Shown: piece by piece, positions 1-9,731 of the stretch | Position numbering within the stretch: position 1 is the first letter of the stretch | Layout of the letters: each line of letters begins with the position of its first letter | Assembly: GCA_030655955.1 (NCBI GenBank) | Contig: JAUSOZ010000031.1 | Span: forward strand, 1 to 41,900 | Source: Deltaproteobacteria bacterium | GTDB taxonomy: Bacteria > Desulfobacterota > Desulfobaccia > Desulfobaccales > 0-14-0-80-60-11 | DNA: 41,900 bases | Direction: 5' to 3' | Made by a program: the position numbers and the translations under genes | Notes under the pieces: model-generated | Seen by the model: the letters and a program-made list of their open reading frames with translations, nothing else | What the model was told of the DNA's origin: nothing | Database searches by the model: none

Positions 1-86
1 GCATAAAAATTTAGGGGCACGGCTCGTCGTGCCCCTTTTTAGTACTGCCTAAGGTAGAAAAGCTGGTCCACATACAGCCTTTTTGC

Positions 87-145
87 GTAGGGGCGGACCT
101 ATGTGTCCGCCCTTCTTGAGGGTGCATACGCAGGTGCGCTCCTAC
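87..145. repeat. GTAG-type REP-like double hairpin (family A)
   Basis: GTAGGGGCGGAC..GTCCGCCC..GGGTGCA..TGCGCTCCTAC; related copies at 5040-5092, 6076-6131, 32898-32956, 38959-39017. Confidence 0.8.
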
Positions 146-185
146 AATGGTTGATATTTGCTATAATATTTTTAATGAGGACAAG

Positions 186-494
186 ATGATGACGAGCCAG
201 AAATTACCCCCGGTGCACCCCGGCGAAATTCTCTTAGAGGAATATCTTAAACCCCTGGAAATCAGCCAGAACAAACTGGGGCGCGATTTAAACGTCCCGG
301 CGCAAAGAATCAATGACATTGTCCGGGGCCAGAGGGCCATCACGGTGGATACCGCCTTGCGCCTGGCCAGGTATTTTCACACGAGCCCCCAGTTTTGGCT
401 CAACCTGCAAGCCCGTTATGATCTGGAGATAGCGCAGGAAACCCGCTTGGTGGAGCGGGTTATCAAGGAAGTGCGGGAACGGGAAGTGCTTTAA
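186..494 (+). CDS. higA: HigA-family antitoxin (HTH addiction-module antidote)
   Basis: Motifs PVHPGEIL.EE, SQ..L...L.VP..RIN.IV.G.R.IT.DTALRLARYF.TSPQFWLNLQ..YD; GAGG RBS before ATG 186 (in frame with ORF 147). Confidence 0.9.
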   Translation: MMTSQKLPPVHPGEILLEEYLKPLEISQNKLGRDLNVPAQRINDIVRGQRAITVDTALRLARYFHTSPQFWLNLQARYDLEIAQETRLVERVIKEVREREVL

Positions 495-600
495 AGAATA
501 ATAAGCTGTAGTAACGAAGTCCCTCAGTCATAGAAGCCAGCCGGGGAAGGCGGACCTGATAGTTCGTCTTTACCCGGCCTTATTATTTCAACATCTAGGG

Positions 601-648
601 TTTGGGGAAGGGGGCGGGGGAAATAATTCCCCCGCCCCCTTCCCCAAA
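601..648. terminator. Perfect 22-bp G/C-rich inverted repeat between convergent genes; possible bidirectional terminator or REP-like element
   Basis: TTTGGGGAAGGGGGCGGGGGAA-ATAA-TTCCCCCGCCCCCTTCCCCAAA. Confidence 0.6.
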
Positions 649-768
649 CACCGCATCTGAATCCCCTCTTCTGGGACTCTTTATCCACCACCTACCCACC
701 CGCGGCAAAGCTGGACGCAACTCTTACTACTTTAACAGAGAATTGAATAGATCTCAGAAAGATCGTGG

Positions 769-1923
769 TTACCGCACATCCTCTTGCATTTGCCTGAGTT
801 TACCGGTGGGAAATTGCATATTATCCAATAATGGGTAAAGATCTTGATAGATAATCTCAGCAACCTTCTGGCATCCGGTATTGCTAAAATGATAAGTATC
901 GTAATAATATTCCGTTATTTTTGGCATCTCTCTTGCCAAATCAATAAGCTCTACTTGATGTTGAGCTGCAATATTTCTCACAACATCATTGTAAAGCTCT
1001 AAAATCTGCCATAAAACTTTGCCATTCCAATTATGTGTGTTTGCTCTGGCAAGGTTTATTCCGGTAGTCTGGTCAACGAGATCACCGAAGACCGTTGGTT
1101 GAGTAATTAGTACTGGTTTTATTGAATTAAGCCGGCAAATATCCATAAGTCTGTTTAACCGCTCTGCGTATGGGGCAAGGTATTTTTGTTTATGCTCAAG
1201 TATTATCGGGATAACTTTCTCTGTAGGTATATCAGATTGATTTACTTCGTTAAAATTCCACAACGTATGAATCAACCCCCTCCTTTTGGCCTTAAAGAAT
1301 CGGCAGAAGTTGATGCTATAGTTCAACACCTCACTTTTGTCGACTAAGTAATTAAACAACGGTTCAACTAAACCGGTAAATGGTTTTTTAAGCTGTTCTT
1401 TGTCATAAATACGTGAGGTCTCCAAGCCAATGTCATTGGCACCCACAAGAAATAGCACAACCTTTGGTCGTATTCTTATTATATAATCTTCCATTAAAAC
1501 TATATGCCCATAAGTTGAGTGGCCATCCAGACCGGCATTATTCAGCCATAATGACTTAAATTTGCTTTTTAATTTGACAGCTAAAATATCACACCAGGTT
1601 TTGTGGTCAGAAATTAACTCACATGCCGTCGTGCTGCCACCAACAGCAATGATAGTTAAATATTCAGCAAAGTTTTTCGGAGGGGGCTCACCCCTGAACC
1701 CCATATGGTTCCGGGTGGTATAGACAATCTTGTCCAGCTTGTCGGTTTTATCATTGGTGATCTGATATTTTCTATCTTGCGGTAACCAGATTTTATTCCC
1801 TCTAACCCGGTACTCGATGGGTTGAAAGATCCTGAGCAGGCCCTCCAATAAGATAAATGATAGTACAAGGCCAATAACTACGGCCAAAATGTGTTTTAAT
1901 AGTACCTTACTCACGATTCGCAC
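769..1923 (-). CDS. SGNH/GDSL hydrolase family protein with N-terminal membrane anchor
   Basis: Blocks VGGSTT, NAGLDG, LVGANDI, DTYH; N-terminal hydrophobic helix; AT-rich relative to flanks. Confidence 0.8.
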   Translation of the reverse strand: MRIVSKVLLKHILAVVIGLVLSFILLEGLLRIFQPIEYRVRGNKIWLPQDRKYQITNDKTDKLDKIVYTTRNHMGFRGEPPPKNFAEYLTIIAVGGSTTACELISDHKTWCDILAVKLKSKFKSLWLNNAGLDGHSTYGHIVLMEDYIIRIRPKVVLFLVGANDIGLETSRIYDKEQLKKPFTGLVEPLFNYLVDKSEVLNYSINFCRFFKAKRRGLIHTLWNFNEVNQSDIPTEKVIPIILEHKQKYLAPYAERLNRLMDICRLNSIKPVLITQPTVFGDLVDQTTGINLARANTHNWNGKVLWQILELYNDVVRNIAAQHQVELIDLAREMPKITEYYYDTYHFSNTGCQKVAEIIYQDLYPLLDNMQFPTGKLRQMQEDVR

Positions 1924-1998
1924 CGGTGCAGGGGGTTTAACTTAATGAAATAATAGGTAATCTACGAAAAAGCCCCTGCCCCTTCCCTCAAAATATCC

Positions 1999-3018
1999 TT
2001 ATCTCTCGCCAAACCGCCGCTTCGCCATTTCCGCGGCCATCACGATCGCGGCCTTGAGGGAATCCGGCGACGCCTTGCCGGTGCCTGCCAGGTTGTAGGC
2101 GGTGCCGTGGTCGACGCTGGTGCGGATGATGGGCAGCCCCAGGGTGACGTTCACCCCGTCCATGAAGTGCAGGAGTTTGAGCGGTATGAGCCCCTGGTCG
2201 TGGTACATGCAGATGATGGCCGCGAACTCCCCTTGGCTATGGCGCCAGAACAGGGTGTCGGCCGGGAAGGGGCCCTCCACGGCCAGGCCCGCAGCCTGGG
2301 CCTCCTTGACCGCCGGGATGATGATGCTCTCTTCTTCGCGGCCGAACATGCCGTCTTCGCTGGCGTGGGGGTTGAGGGCCGCCACCCCCAAAGGCACGCC
2401 GGCCAGCCCAAAGTCCCGGTCCAGGGCCCGGGCGGCGAGGTGGAAAAGCCGCACCAGGCCTTCCTGGGTGATCTTCTTGGGCACCTCGGACAGGGCGCAG
2501 TGAATGGTGACCAGGATTACCCGGAACTCCCCCCCGGCCAGCATCATGGCAAACTCGGCCGTCTTGGTCTTCTCCGCCAAAAGCTCGGTGTGCCCCGGAT
2601 AATCGTAGCCCGATAGCTTCATGGAGATCTTGCTGATGGGCGCGGTGACCAGGCCCGCCACCCGGTGCGCCAGGGCCAGATCAATGGCGGTGAGGATGTA
2701 GCCCACCATGGCCGCACCGGATGCCGGGGTGGGGCGGCCGTACTTAAGGTCGGCGGGCGCCAGTTGGGAGCCGGGCATGAGGTCTATGGTGCCCAACTGA
2801 TAGCGCCCCGCCGCCGGGCGGTCGGCCAGATGGATTTTTAGGGCCGGGTCCAGGGCCAGGCGGGCCCGTTCCAGGGCGCTTAGATCGCCCAGAACCAGCG
2901 GCCGGCACACCTGGTAAATCCGGGCGTCAACCAGGGCCTTGACGATGATCTCGGGCCCCACCCCCACCGGGTCGCCCATGGTCAGGGCCAGAATGGGTTT
3001 AACGGTCGATCCGGTCAT
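1999..3018 (-). CDS. pdxA: 4-hydroxythreonine-4-phosphate dehydrogenase
   Basis: TMGDPVGVGPEI, PGHTE, LNPHA, YHDQGLIP, TSVDHGTA; start placed at MTGSTVKP (3018) because the longer ORF overlaps the upstream gene. Confidence 0.93.
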   Translation of the reverse strand: MTGSTVKPILALTMGDPVGVGPEIIVKALVDARIYQVCRPLVLGDLSALERARLALDPALKIHLADRPAAGRYQLGTIDLMPGSQLAPADLKYGRPTPASGAAMVGYILTAIDLALAHRVAGLVTAPISKISMKLSGYDYPGHTELLAEKTKTAEFAMMLAGGEFRVILVTIHCALSEVPKKITQEGLVRLFHLAARALDRDFGLAGVPLGVAALNPHASEDGMFGREEESIIIPAVKEAQAAGLAVEGPFPADTLFWRHSQGEFAAIICMYHDQGLIPLKLLHFMDGVNVTLGLPIIRTSVDHGTAYNLAGTGKASPDSLKAAIVMAAEMAKRRFGER

Positions 3019-3022
3019 AAGG

Positions 3023-3898
3023 CTAGTGCTCCCCTTCCGTTTTGATCCGCTGCACCTCGACGTGAACCTCACCCGCTTGGAGGGTGACCTTGAGGTAGTG
3101 ATAAAAAAAATGTTTGGGATCGGTCCCATAGAGGGGCGCCCCGGCCCCGGCGGCGATGGTATAGGGGACGCCGTCCCATTCGCCGGAAAAGTAGCTGTGG
3201 ATATGACCGGCAAAGATATGGGTCACGTGATATTGACGTAAGAGGGCGGCCAGTCGGCGGCCGGTGGCCTCCGGCAGGCAGTGGTGCTTGTCACCCCCCC
3301 GGGGGTCAAAAAGGGGAGTATGGAGAAACACCAGGCGGGTTTTATAAGACTGGGATTGCTTTAATTCCTTCTCCAGCCAGCGCCACTGGACCTCGCCGAC
3401 CCCGTTAGGCTCCACATCATTGACGACGATAAAATAGTGGTCCTTAAGCTGAAAGGCGTAGTAATCCGGGCCGAAAATCTCCCGGTAAAGGGTCAGGTCC
3501 TGATTCTTTCCCAGGTCGTGATTGCCCGCCGCCGTCAGAAACGGTATCCGGCTGTAAGGCCGGATTTGTTTGAAGAACTCGTCGAATTGCTCCAAGGTGC
3601 CCCGCTCCACCATATCCCCGACATCAATGGCGAAGGTCAGGCCGGGATCGCGGTCCAGTTGCTGGAGCACCCGGCCAAAGACCTCCGGGTTGCTGCGGTT
3701 GTCTCCCAGGACCGCGAAGGTCAGCTTACCCCCGGCGGGAGCCTGGAGGCGCTCCACCTGGCGGGGATTCCAATCCTTCGCCGGCAAGGCGGCGGAGTCG
3801 GCGGCCAGACCCGCTCCGGTCCAGGCCAGGAGCAACAGGATGATGAGACCGAGTTTGCATGTGTGAAGTCTGTTTAACCGGTTTTTAACCATCAGCAT
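3023..3898 (-). CDS. Secreted calcineurin-like metallophosphoesterase
   Basis: Signal peptide; GD, GD, GNHD, H and GHIH metal-binding motifs. Confidence 0.85.
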   Translation of the reverse strand: MLMVKNRLNRLHTCKLGLIILLLLAWTGAGLAADSAALPAKDWNPRQVERLQAPAGGKLTFAVLGDNRSNPEVFGRVLQQLDRDPGLTFAIDVGDMVERGTLEQFDEFFKQIRPYSRIPFLTAAGNHDLGKNQDLTLYREIFGPDYYAFQLKDHYFIVVNDVEPNGVGEVQWRWLEKELKQSQSYKTRLVFLHTPLFDPRGGDKHHCLPEATGRRLAALLRQYHVTHIFAGHIHSYFSGEWDGVPYTIAAGAGAPLYGTDPKHFFYHYLKVTLQAGEVHVEVQRIKTEGEH

Positions 3899-4030
3899 CA
3901 GTTCTCTCCTAGCGCCCGGCGACCCACAAAGCCATGGGCTTGTGCGTTACACCCCACTTTTTCCATGCAATCAGGCTGGCAGGTGTGGCACAATAGCTCT
4001 TATCTGAAACTATGACGGGAGATAAGGTCC

Positions 4031-4867
4031 ATGTCAATGACAGAACCGGGGAAAGAGCGGTTGGCGGCAATAAAGCTGGGTTTCATCGGCGTCGGCAGCA
4101 TGGGCGGGGCCATCATAAAGCGGTTGCTGGCGGGGGGCGAGGTTCCCCGGGAAAACCTGATCTACTATGACCCGGATCCGGCCCGGCAGGCCCAGATGGA
4201 TGAGTTGGGGGTTGCGGCCGCCCTGGACAACCCCGAGGTGATGCACGCGCCCGTGGTGGTGCTGGGGGTCAAGCCTCAGGTGCTGCCCGCGGTCCTGGCC
4301 AGTGTCAAGGAATTCGCCCGGCCCTGGCATCTCATCATTTCCATCGCCGCCGGAGTTCCCCTGGCGGTGCTGGAAGGGGCCTTGCCCGACTCCCGGGTGA
4401 TCCGGGTCATGCCCAACACCCCCACCCTGGTGGGGGCCGGGATGGCAGCCCTGGCCCCGGGCCGCGGCGTCACCCCGGAAGACCTGGCCCTGGCCCTGGA
4501 CCTGTTTGGCGCCGTGGGGCAGGCCGTGGTGGTGGAGGAACGGCTCATGGACGCGGTTACCGGCCTGAGCGGCAGCGGCCCGGCCTTTGTGGCTGTGTTC
4601 ATCGAGGCCCTGGCCGACGGCGGGGTGAAAATGGGGCTGCCCCGTCCCCTGGCCCTCACCCTGGCCACCCAGACGGTCCTGGGCACCGCCCGCCTCTGCT
4701 ATGAAGAACAGATGCACCCGGCGGTCCTGAAGGACCTGGTGACCTCCCCGGGAGGCACCACCATCGCCGGTCTCCATGCCCTGGAGTCCAGAGGCTTTCG
4801 GGGCGCAGTCATGGACGCGGTGACCGCGGCGGCGGGGCGCTCAAAGGAATTGGGGAAGAAGAGTTGA
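4031..4867 (+). CDS. proC: Pyrroline-5-carboxylate reductase
   Basis: GFIGVGSMG, VKPQ, RVMPNTP, TGLSGSGPA, VTSPGGTT. Confidence 0.95.
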   Translation: MSMTEPGKERLAAIKLGFIGVGSMGGAIIKRLLAGGEVPRENLIYYDPDPARQAQMDELGVAAALDNPEVMHAPVVVLGVKPQVLPAVLASVKEFARPWHLIISIAAGVPLAVLEGALPDSRVIRVMPNTPTLVGAGMAALAPGRGVTPEDLALALDLFGAVGQAVVVEERLMDAVTGLSGSGPAFVAVFIEALADGGVKMGLPRPLALTLATQTVLGTARLCYEEQMHPAVLKDLVTSPGGTTIAGLHALESRGFRGAVMDAVTAAAGRSKELGKKS

Positions 4868-4884
4868 GGGGAGGCTGGGAGTAC

Positions 4885-5006
4885 TTGGGAGAGGGGGCGA
4901 GGGACAAAAGCCCCTCCCCCAAACCCTTACCTAACCTTTACCCACAAGAATATCTGCGTGCAGGGTTGCAATTTTTCTCCCTCTCCCCCCCCGCAGGGGA
5001 GAGGGA
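4885..5006. repeat. G/C-rich hairpins between convergent proC and nadC
   Basis: TTGGGAGAGGGGGC..GCCCCTCCCCCAAA and CCCTCTCCCC..GGGGAGAGGG. Confidence 0.55.
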
Positions 5007-5088
5007 ATTTTATCATGCCTACAGTCATGGGAGGGCCGTGTAGGGCCGGACCTGCGTGTCCGCCCAGGGCGCATACATAGGTGCGTCC

Positions 5089-5943
5089 CTACATCCACGT
5101 CCTGATCAGCCGCAGGTGGATATCCACCGCCGGGGCGCTGTGGGTCAGGGCGCCCATGGAGATGAAGTTGACCCCGGTGGCCGCCACCTGCGGCAGACGT
5201 TCTTTGGTCATGCCGCCGGAGGCTTCCAACCAGGCCCGGCCCCCGGTGAGTTCCACCGCCTGGCGCAGGGTGCCGTCGTCCATGTTGTCCAGCAGGATGC
5301 GGTCGGCGCCGGCGTTCAGGGCTTCTTCCAGCCCCTCTAAGTCCGCCACTTCCACTTCGATATTGAGCTGGGGGTGGGCCCTGGCTTTGGCCTGGCGCAC
5401 CGCCTCGCCGATTGAGCCCACCGCAGTCAGGTGGTTGTTCTTGATCAGCACCGCGTCATAAAGCCCCAGGCGGTGATTGCGGCCGCCGCCCAGGCGCACG
5501 GCGTATTTCTCCAGGGCGCGCCAGCCCGGGGTGGTTTTGCGGGTGTCCACCAAAACCGCGTTGGAGCCGGCCACCTGGGCTGCCATGGCGCGGGTGAAGG
5601 TGGCGATCCCCGAGAGGCGCTGGAGAAAATTGAGGGCCACCCGTTCGCCGGTGAGGATCGAGGCCACGGGGCCGGTGAGGCGGGCCAGGACCGTGCCTGG
5701 CGCTACTTCCTGGCCGTCGTCCACTGCCGCCGCGAAGACTAGTTTGGCATCCAGCTTATGAAAAACCCGGGCCGCCACGGGCAGGCCCGCCACCACCAGG
5801 GTGGCCTTGGCCCGGATATGGGCCTCCCCCTGCAACTCCGGGTCCACCACGGCCTTGGTAGTAACATCCCCCGAGCCGATATCCTCTTCCAGGGCCAGGT
5901 CGATGAGGCGGTCAAGATGGGGCGAATTGAGCAGCTTATCCAT
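5089..5943 (-). CDS. nadC: Nicotinate-nucleotide pyrophosphorylase (carboxylating)
   Basis: EDIG.GDVTT, ERVALNFLQRLSGIAT, DTRKTTPG, NHR.GL.D, EVEV, LLDNM, EASGG. Confidence 0.95.
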   Translation of the reverse strand: MDKLLNSPHLDRLIDLALEEDIGSGDVTTKAVVDPELQGEAHIRAKATLVVAGLPVAARVFHKLDAKLVFAAAVDDGQEVAPGTVLARLTGPVASILTGERVALNFLQRLSGIATFTRAMAAQVAGSNAVLVDTRKTTPGWRALEKYAVRLGGGRNHRLGLYDAVLIKNNHLTAVGSIGEAVRQAKARAHPQLNIEVEVADLEGLEEALNAGADRILLDNMDDGTLRQAVELTGGRAWLEASGGMTKERLPQVAATGVNFISMGALTHSAPAVDIHLRLIRTWM

Positions 5944-5955
5944 GAAAAAATCCCG

Positions 5956-6165
5956 GTGGGGCGGGCCTCAGTGCCCGCCGGCTTAACCAGCAAGGAGTGT
6001 GGCAATTATGGGCAGGCACGGAGGCCTGCCCCACCGATGCTTCTCATACCATTTGGCGGTCAAAGAACAATTTTCGTAGGGGGGGACCTGTGTGGCCCCC
6101 CGAGAGGGCGCACACACAGGTGCGCCCCTACATTCCCACTCGTTCCCAAGTTGCACTTGGGAACG
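5956..6165. repeat. Cluster of REP-like hairpins upstream of nadC
   Basis: GGCGGGC..GCCCGCC, GGGCAGGC..GCCTGCCC, family A copy 6076-6131, GTTCCCAAG..CTTGGGAAC. Confidence 0.7.
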
Positions 6166-6185
6166 TGGCGACAAAACGTCCAAGC

Positions 6186-6380
6186 CTAATCATAATCTTC
6201 ATAGAACGAAATAACGCACGGCCAGTCAGGGTTCCCGGACGAACCGGCCTCACCCGGGCCGCCGGTGTCGAAGCAGTCGCAGGTGCATTCCTCTTGGTCC
6301 TTATCCCAGAAATTGCAGCGCTCCCGGACGCAATGGCCCATACCGGGGAGGGGGCAGATGATGGTGGTATCAGGGATCAT
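6186..6380 (-). CDS. Possible independent 64-aa Cys-rich small protein
   Basis: Own RBS AAAGGGGAGACAA before ATG; MIPDTTIICPLPGMGHCVRERCNFW..CTCDC..C; host-like base composition. Confidence 0.5.
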   Translation of the reverse strand: MIPDTTIICPLPGMGHCVRERCNFWDKDQEECTCDCFDTGGPGEAGSSGNPDWPCVISFYEDYD

Positions 6381-6977
6381 TTGTCTCCCCTTTGATTCAG
6401 TGGCAAAATCGGATTTGCCGATATGATGGCTACCACTTGCAAGATTGATAGCACTCATGGAAAAGAAAAATAAATACATTATAGCCATAAGAATAGGTAC
6501 CATTCTTGCTCTACTGGCCCACCATTTTTTATGATGCTTTACTGACCAGTTTACATAAAACTGATTTTTATTATCCAGAGGGTCTATAAGATATTTTCCA
6601 TTTTTTATATTTGCCCAATCGGTGAATAGAGTTGGTCCATTTAATATTTGCGTCTCCATTCGCTGAAGATGCCATTCGAATAAAGAGACACGCGCAACAA
6701 ATCTTCCCCAAGCTAGTGCCATTTGTAATGATAACATTCCCCCGACTACAGAGACGAGCATTACACTAATACCAACAATAGTGGAATAATGTTGATTTAA
6801 TGAAGAAAATAGAAGAGCTGCGGCAGCTATCAAGAATGAATGGGCCATAATGTAACCAGCCAACAGTGCATGCTGAGCTCCAACCGCGTCACCCCACAAT
6901 GAAGTAATTGTGGAGTATAAATCAAGGTTGTTTATAGGTGGCCCAGTTGAGTCCTGCTTATTATTAATCTGATTCAT
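6186..6977 (-). CDS. Hypothetical membrane protein (about 3 TM segments, AT-rich) running in frame into a Cys-rich C-terminal module
   Basis: 263-aa ORF with hydrophobic stretches; abrupt AT-to-GC shift near 6380. Confidence 0.6.
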   Translation of the reverse strand: MNQINNKQDSTGPPINNLDLYSTITSLWGDAVGAQHALLAGYIMAHSFLIAAAALLFSSLNQHYSTIVGISVMLVSVVGGMLSLQMALAWGRFVARVSLFEWHLQRMETQILNGPTLFTDWANIKNGKYLIDPLDNKNQFYVNWSVKHHKKWWASRARMVPILMAIMYLFFFSMSAINLASGSHHIGKSDFATESKGRQMIPDTTIICPLPGMGHCVRERCNFWDKDQEECTCDCFDTGGPGEAGSSGNPDWPCVISFYEDYD

Positions 6978-7058
6978 AATTGATTACATCGGAGGAATAA
7001 TGTGAAGTTATGTTTGTGCCAATATTCCTGGCCCTCCCCCACAGTCCCCATGCCACCC

Positions 7059-9731
7059 TCACCCCATCAGTTCCTTAATCCGTTCCCGGTGGGTTTTGAG
7101 TTTGTTCAGTTTATCGGTCTGGGCCTGGAGTTTGGCCTGTTCTTTGGCGACCACTTCGGGCGGGGCCTTGGCCAGGAAGTCTTCGTTGCTCATCTTGCGT
7201 TGGGCCTGGCTGACTTCTTTGCCCAGTTTCTCCAGTTCCCGGTCCAGGCGCTTGGCCTCTTCCGTGAAGTCGATGATCCCCGCCAGGGGCATGAAGATGT
7301 CCACCTTGTCGACCACGGCCTTGGCTGCGGCCGCGGGCGGGCCGGTGGTCGCGTTAAAGTGGAGATCCCGGACCCGGCCCAGGATCTGGATGGATTGCCG
7401 GTGGCGGTTCAGGGTTTGAATGGGTGCATTCTCCAGGCAGTGGAGAAAGACCTCCACCTGGGTGCCCGGGGGCACGTTCATCTCGCCCCGGATATTGCGG
7501 ATGGCGTTGATGGTGGCCATGACCAGGTTCATCTCGGCTTCGGCCTCGGGGTGGTCGAATTGAGGCTCCGGTTGGGGATAGGGCGCCACCATGATGCTGC
7601 CCTGGGCCCCGGGCAGCTGCTGCCAGATCTCCTCGGTCATAAAGGGCGTGAAGGGGTGCAGGAGGCGGAGAACGGCGCTGAGCACCTTGAGGAGGACTGA
7701 CTGGCACTGGCGCCGGGTGGCCGCGGCCTCTTTGTCATAGAGCTGAGGCTTGATGAACTCCAGATACCAGTCGCAGAACTCGTGCCAGACGAACTGGTAC
7801 AGTGTGTTGGCCGCCTGATCGAAGGCGTAGGTGTCCAGGCTCTTGCGGGTCTCCCGGATGACCTGTTGGAGGCGGCTCATGATCCAGGCCTCCACCGTGG
7901 TCAGTTTTTCGTCAGGGTCGAGGTCAGCCCCACCAGCCGGCGGCTCGGGGTCAAAGCCCTCCAGGTTCATGAAGGTGAAGCGGCAGGCGTTCCAGACCTT
8001 GTTGGCGAAATTGCGGTAGCCGGCGATGCGCTCCTCGGAAAGGCGCACGTCCCGGCCCATGGCGGCGAAGGCGGCCAGGGAAAAACGGAAGGCGTCGGTG
8101 CCGTATTTATCCATGAGTTCCAGGGGATCGATGACGTTGCCCTTGGACTTGCTCATTTTCTGGCCTTCCGGGTCTCGTACGAGGGCGTGGATATAGACCT
8201 CCCGGAACGGGACTTCCCCCATGAAGTGAATCCCCATCATCATCATCCGGGCCACCCAGAAAAACAGGATGTCGAAGGCGGTGATCAGGACCGACGTGGG
8301 GTAAAAGAGCTTGAGTTCCGGGGTCTCGGTGGGCCAGCCCAGGGTGGAGAAGGGCCACAGGGCCGAAGAGAACCAGGTGTCCAGGACGTCGGTTTCCTGG
8401 ACAAGGTCGACGCCGCCGCAGTCGGGGCAGGCAGCCGGGTCTTCCCGGCTGACGATTGCCCGGCCGCACTTGGCGCAGGTCCAGGCCGGGATGCGGTGGC
8501 CCCACCATATCTGCCGGGATATGCACCAGTCCCTGATATTGCTCATCCAGTCGTAATAGCTCTTGTCCCAGTTGGCGGGGATCAGCCGGGTGCGGCCGTC
8601 TTCCACCGCGGCCACGGCCTCCGCCGCCAGGGTCTTGACGGCCACGAACCACTGCTTGGAGATCAGGGGTTCCACCACGGTCTTGCAGCGGTAGCAGTGC
8701 CCCACCGGCACGGTGTACGGCTCCATTTTGACCAGAAGGCCGTCGGCTTTGAGATCCTTGAGGATCTGCGCCCGGCAGGCGAACCGGTCCATACCCTGGT
8801 ATTTCCCGGCCGCGGCGGTCATGAGGCCGGCTTCGTCGATGACCTTGATCGCGGGCAGATCGTGGCGCCGGGCCACCTCAAAGTCGTTGAGATCGTGGGC
8901 CGGGGTGATCTTCAGGGCGCCGGTGCCGAATTCCAGGGCCACGTAGGCATCGGTGATGACCGGAATGGGGCGCCCCAACACCGGCAGACTCAGGGTGGCG
9001 CCGTGGTATTTCTTATAGCGCTTGTCTGTGGGGTTCACGGCCACCGCGGTGTCACCCAACAGCGTCTCGGGGCGGGTGGTGGCCACGGTGACACTGCCTT
9101 CGCCCTCGGCCAGGGGGTACTTGATGTGGTAGAGGTGGCCGTCGGTGGGTTCGTGCTCCACCTCCAGGTCGGCCAGGGCCGTCTGGCAGCGGGGACACCA
9201 GTTGATGATGTAGTCCCCCTTGTAGATCAGGCCCTCTTCATAGAGACGCACGAAGACCTCTCGCACCGCCCGGGACAGGCCTTCGTCCAGGGTAAAGCGC
9301 TCCCGGCTCCAATCGCAGGAACAGCCCAGGCGTTTCAGCTGGGTGATGATGTGCCCGCCGGAGCTGGCCTTCCACTCCCAGACCCGCTTAATAAAGGCCT
9401 CCCGGCCCAGGGCGTGGCGGTCTTTGCCCTCGGCGGCCAGTTGGCGCTCCACCACGTTCTGGGTGGCGATGCCGGCGTGGTCGGTGCCCGGCATCCACAG
9501 GGCGTCGAAGCCGTCCATGCGCTTGAACCGGACCAGGATGTCTTGTAGCGTGTTGTTGAGGGCGTGGCCCATGTGCAGGACGCCGGTGACGTTGGGGGGC
9601 GGGATGACTATGCAGTAACCGGGTTTGGCGCCATCGGCCTTGGCATGGAAAAATCCCTGCCCTTCCCAATATTCATACCACTTGGCCTCGATCCGCTGGG
9701 GATCGTAAACTTTGTCCAAAATTTCCGTCAT
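7059..9731 (-). CDS. valS: Valine--tRNA ligase
   Basis: PPPNVTG.LHMGH (HIGH), DWCISRQIWWGH, KMSKS, C-terminal coiled coil; start at MTEILDK. Confidence 0.97.
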   Translation of the reverse strand: MTEILDKVYDPQRIEAKWYEYWEGQGFFHAKADGAKPGYCIVIPPPNVTGVLHMGHALNNTLQDILVRFKRMDGFDALWMPGTDHAGIATQNVVERQLAAEGKDRHALGREAFIKRVWEWKASSGGHIITQLKRLGCSCDWSRERFTLDEGLSRAVREVFVRLYEEGLIYKGDYIINWCPRCQTALADLEVEHEPTDGHLYHIKYPLAEGEGSVTVATTRPETLLGDTAVAVNPTDKRYKKYHGATLSLPVLGRPIPVITDAYVALEFGTGALKITPAHDLNDFEVARRHDLPAIKVIDEAGLMTAAAGKYQGMDRFACRAQILKDLKADGLLVKMEPYTVPVGHCYRCKTVVEPLISKQWFVAVKTLAAEAVAAVEDGRTRLIPANWDKSYYDWMSNIRDWCISRQIWWGHRIPAWTCAKCGRAIVSREDPAACPDCGGVDLVQETDVLDTWFSSALWPFSTLGWPTETPELKLFYPTSVLITAFDILFFWVARMMMMGIHFMGEVPFREVYIHALVRDPEGQKMSKSKGNVIDPLELMDKYGTDAFRFSLAAFAAMGRDVRLSEERIAGYRNFANKVWNACRFTFMNLEGFDPEPPAGGADLDPDEKLTTVEAWIMSRLQQVIRETRKSLDTYAFDQAANTLYQFVWHEFCDWYLEFIKPQLYDKEAAATRRQCQSVLLKVLSAVLRLLHPFTPFMTEEIWQQLPGAQGSIMVAPYPQPEPQFDHPEAEAEMNLVMATINAIRNIRGEMNVPPGTQVEVFLHCLENAPIQTLNRHRQSIQILGRVRDLHFNATTGPPAAAAKAVVDKVDIFMPLAGIIDFTEEAKRLDRELEKLGKEVSQAQRKMSNEDFLAKAPPEVVAKEQAKLQAQTDKLNKLKTHRERIKELMG

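Noticed and set aside
602-838. 78-aa ORF downstream of higA as a possible toxin
   Set aside because: Starts inside a hairpin, has no RelE/HigB features and overlaps the convergent gene.
3019-3213. N-terminal extension of pdxA in the ORF track
   Set aside because: Overlaps the upstream phosphoesterase; family similarity starts near 3018.
7782-9548. 588-aa plus-strand ORF; similar long antisense ORFs at 10906-11967, 16778-18028, 25315-26463, 28914-30437 and 31023-32066
   Set aside because: Antisense shadows of well-supported high-GC3 genes with no recognisable motifs.
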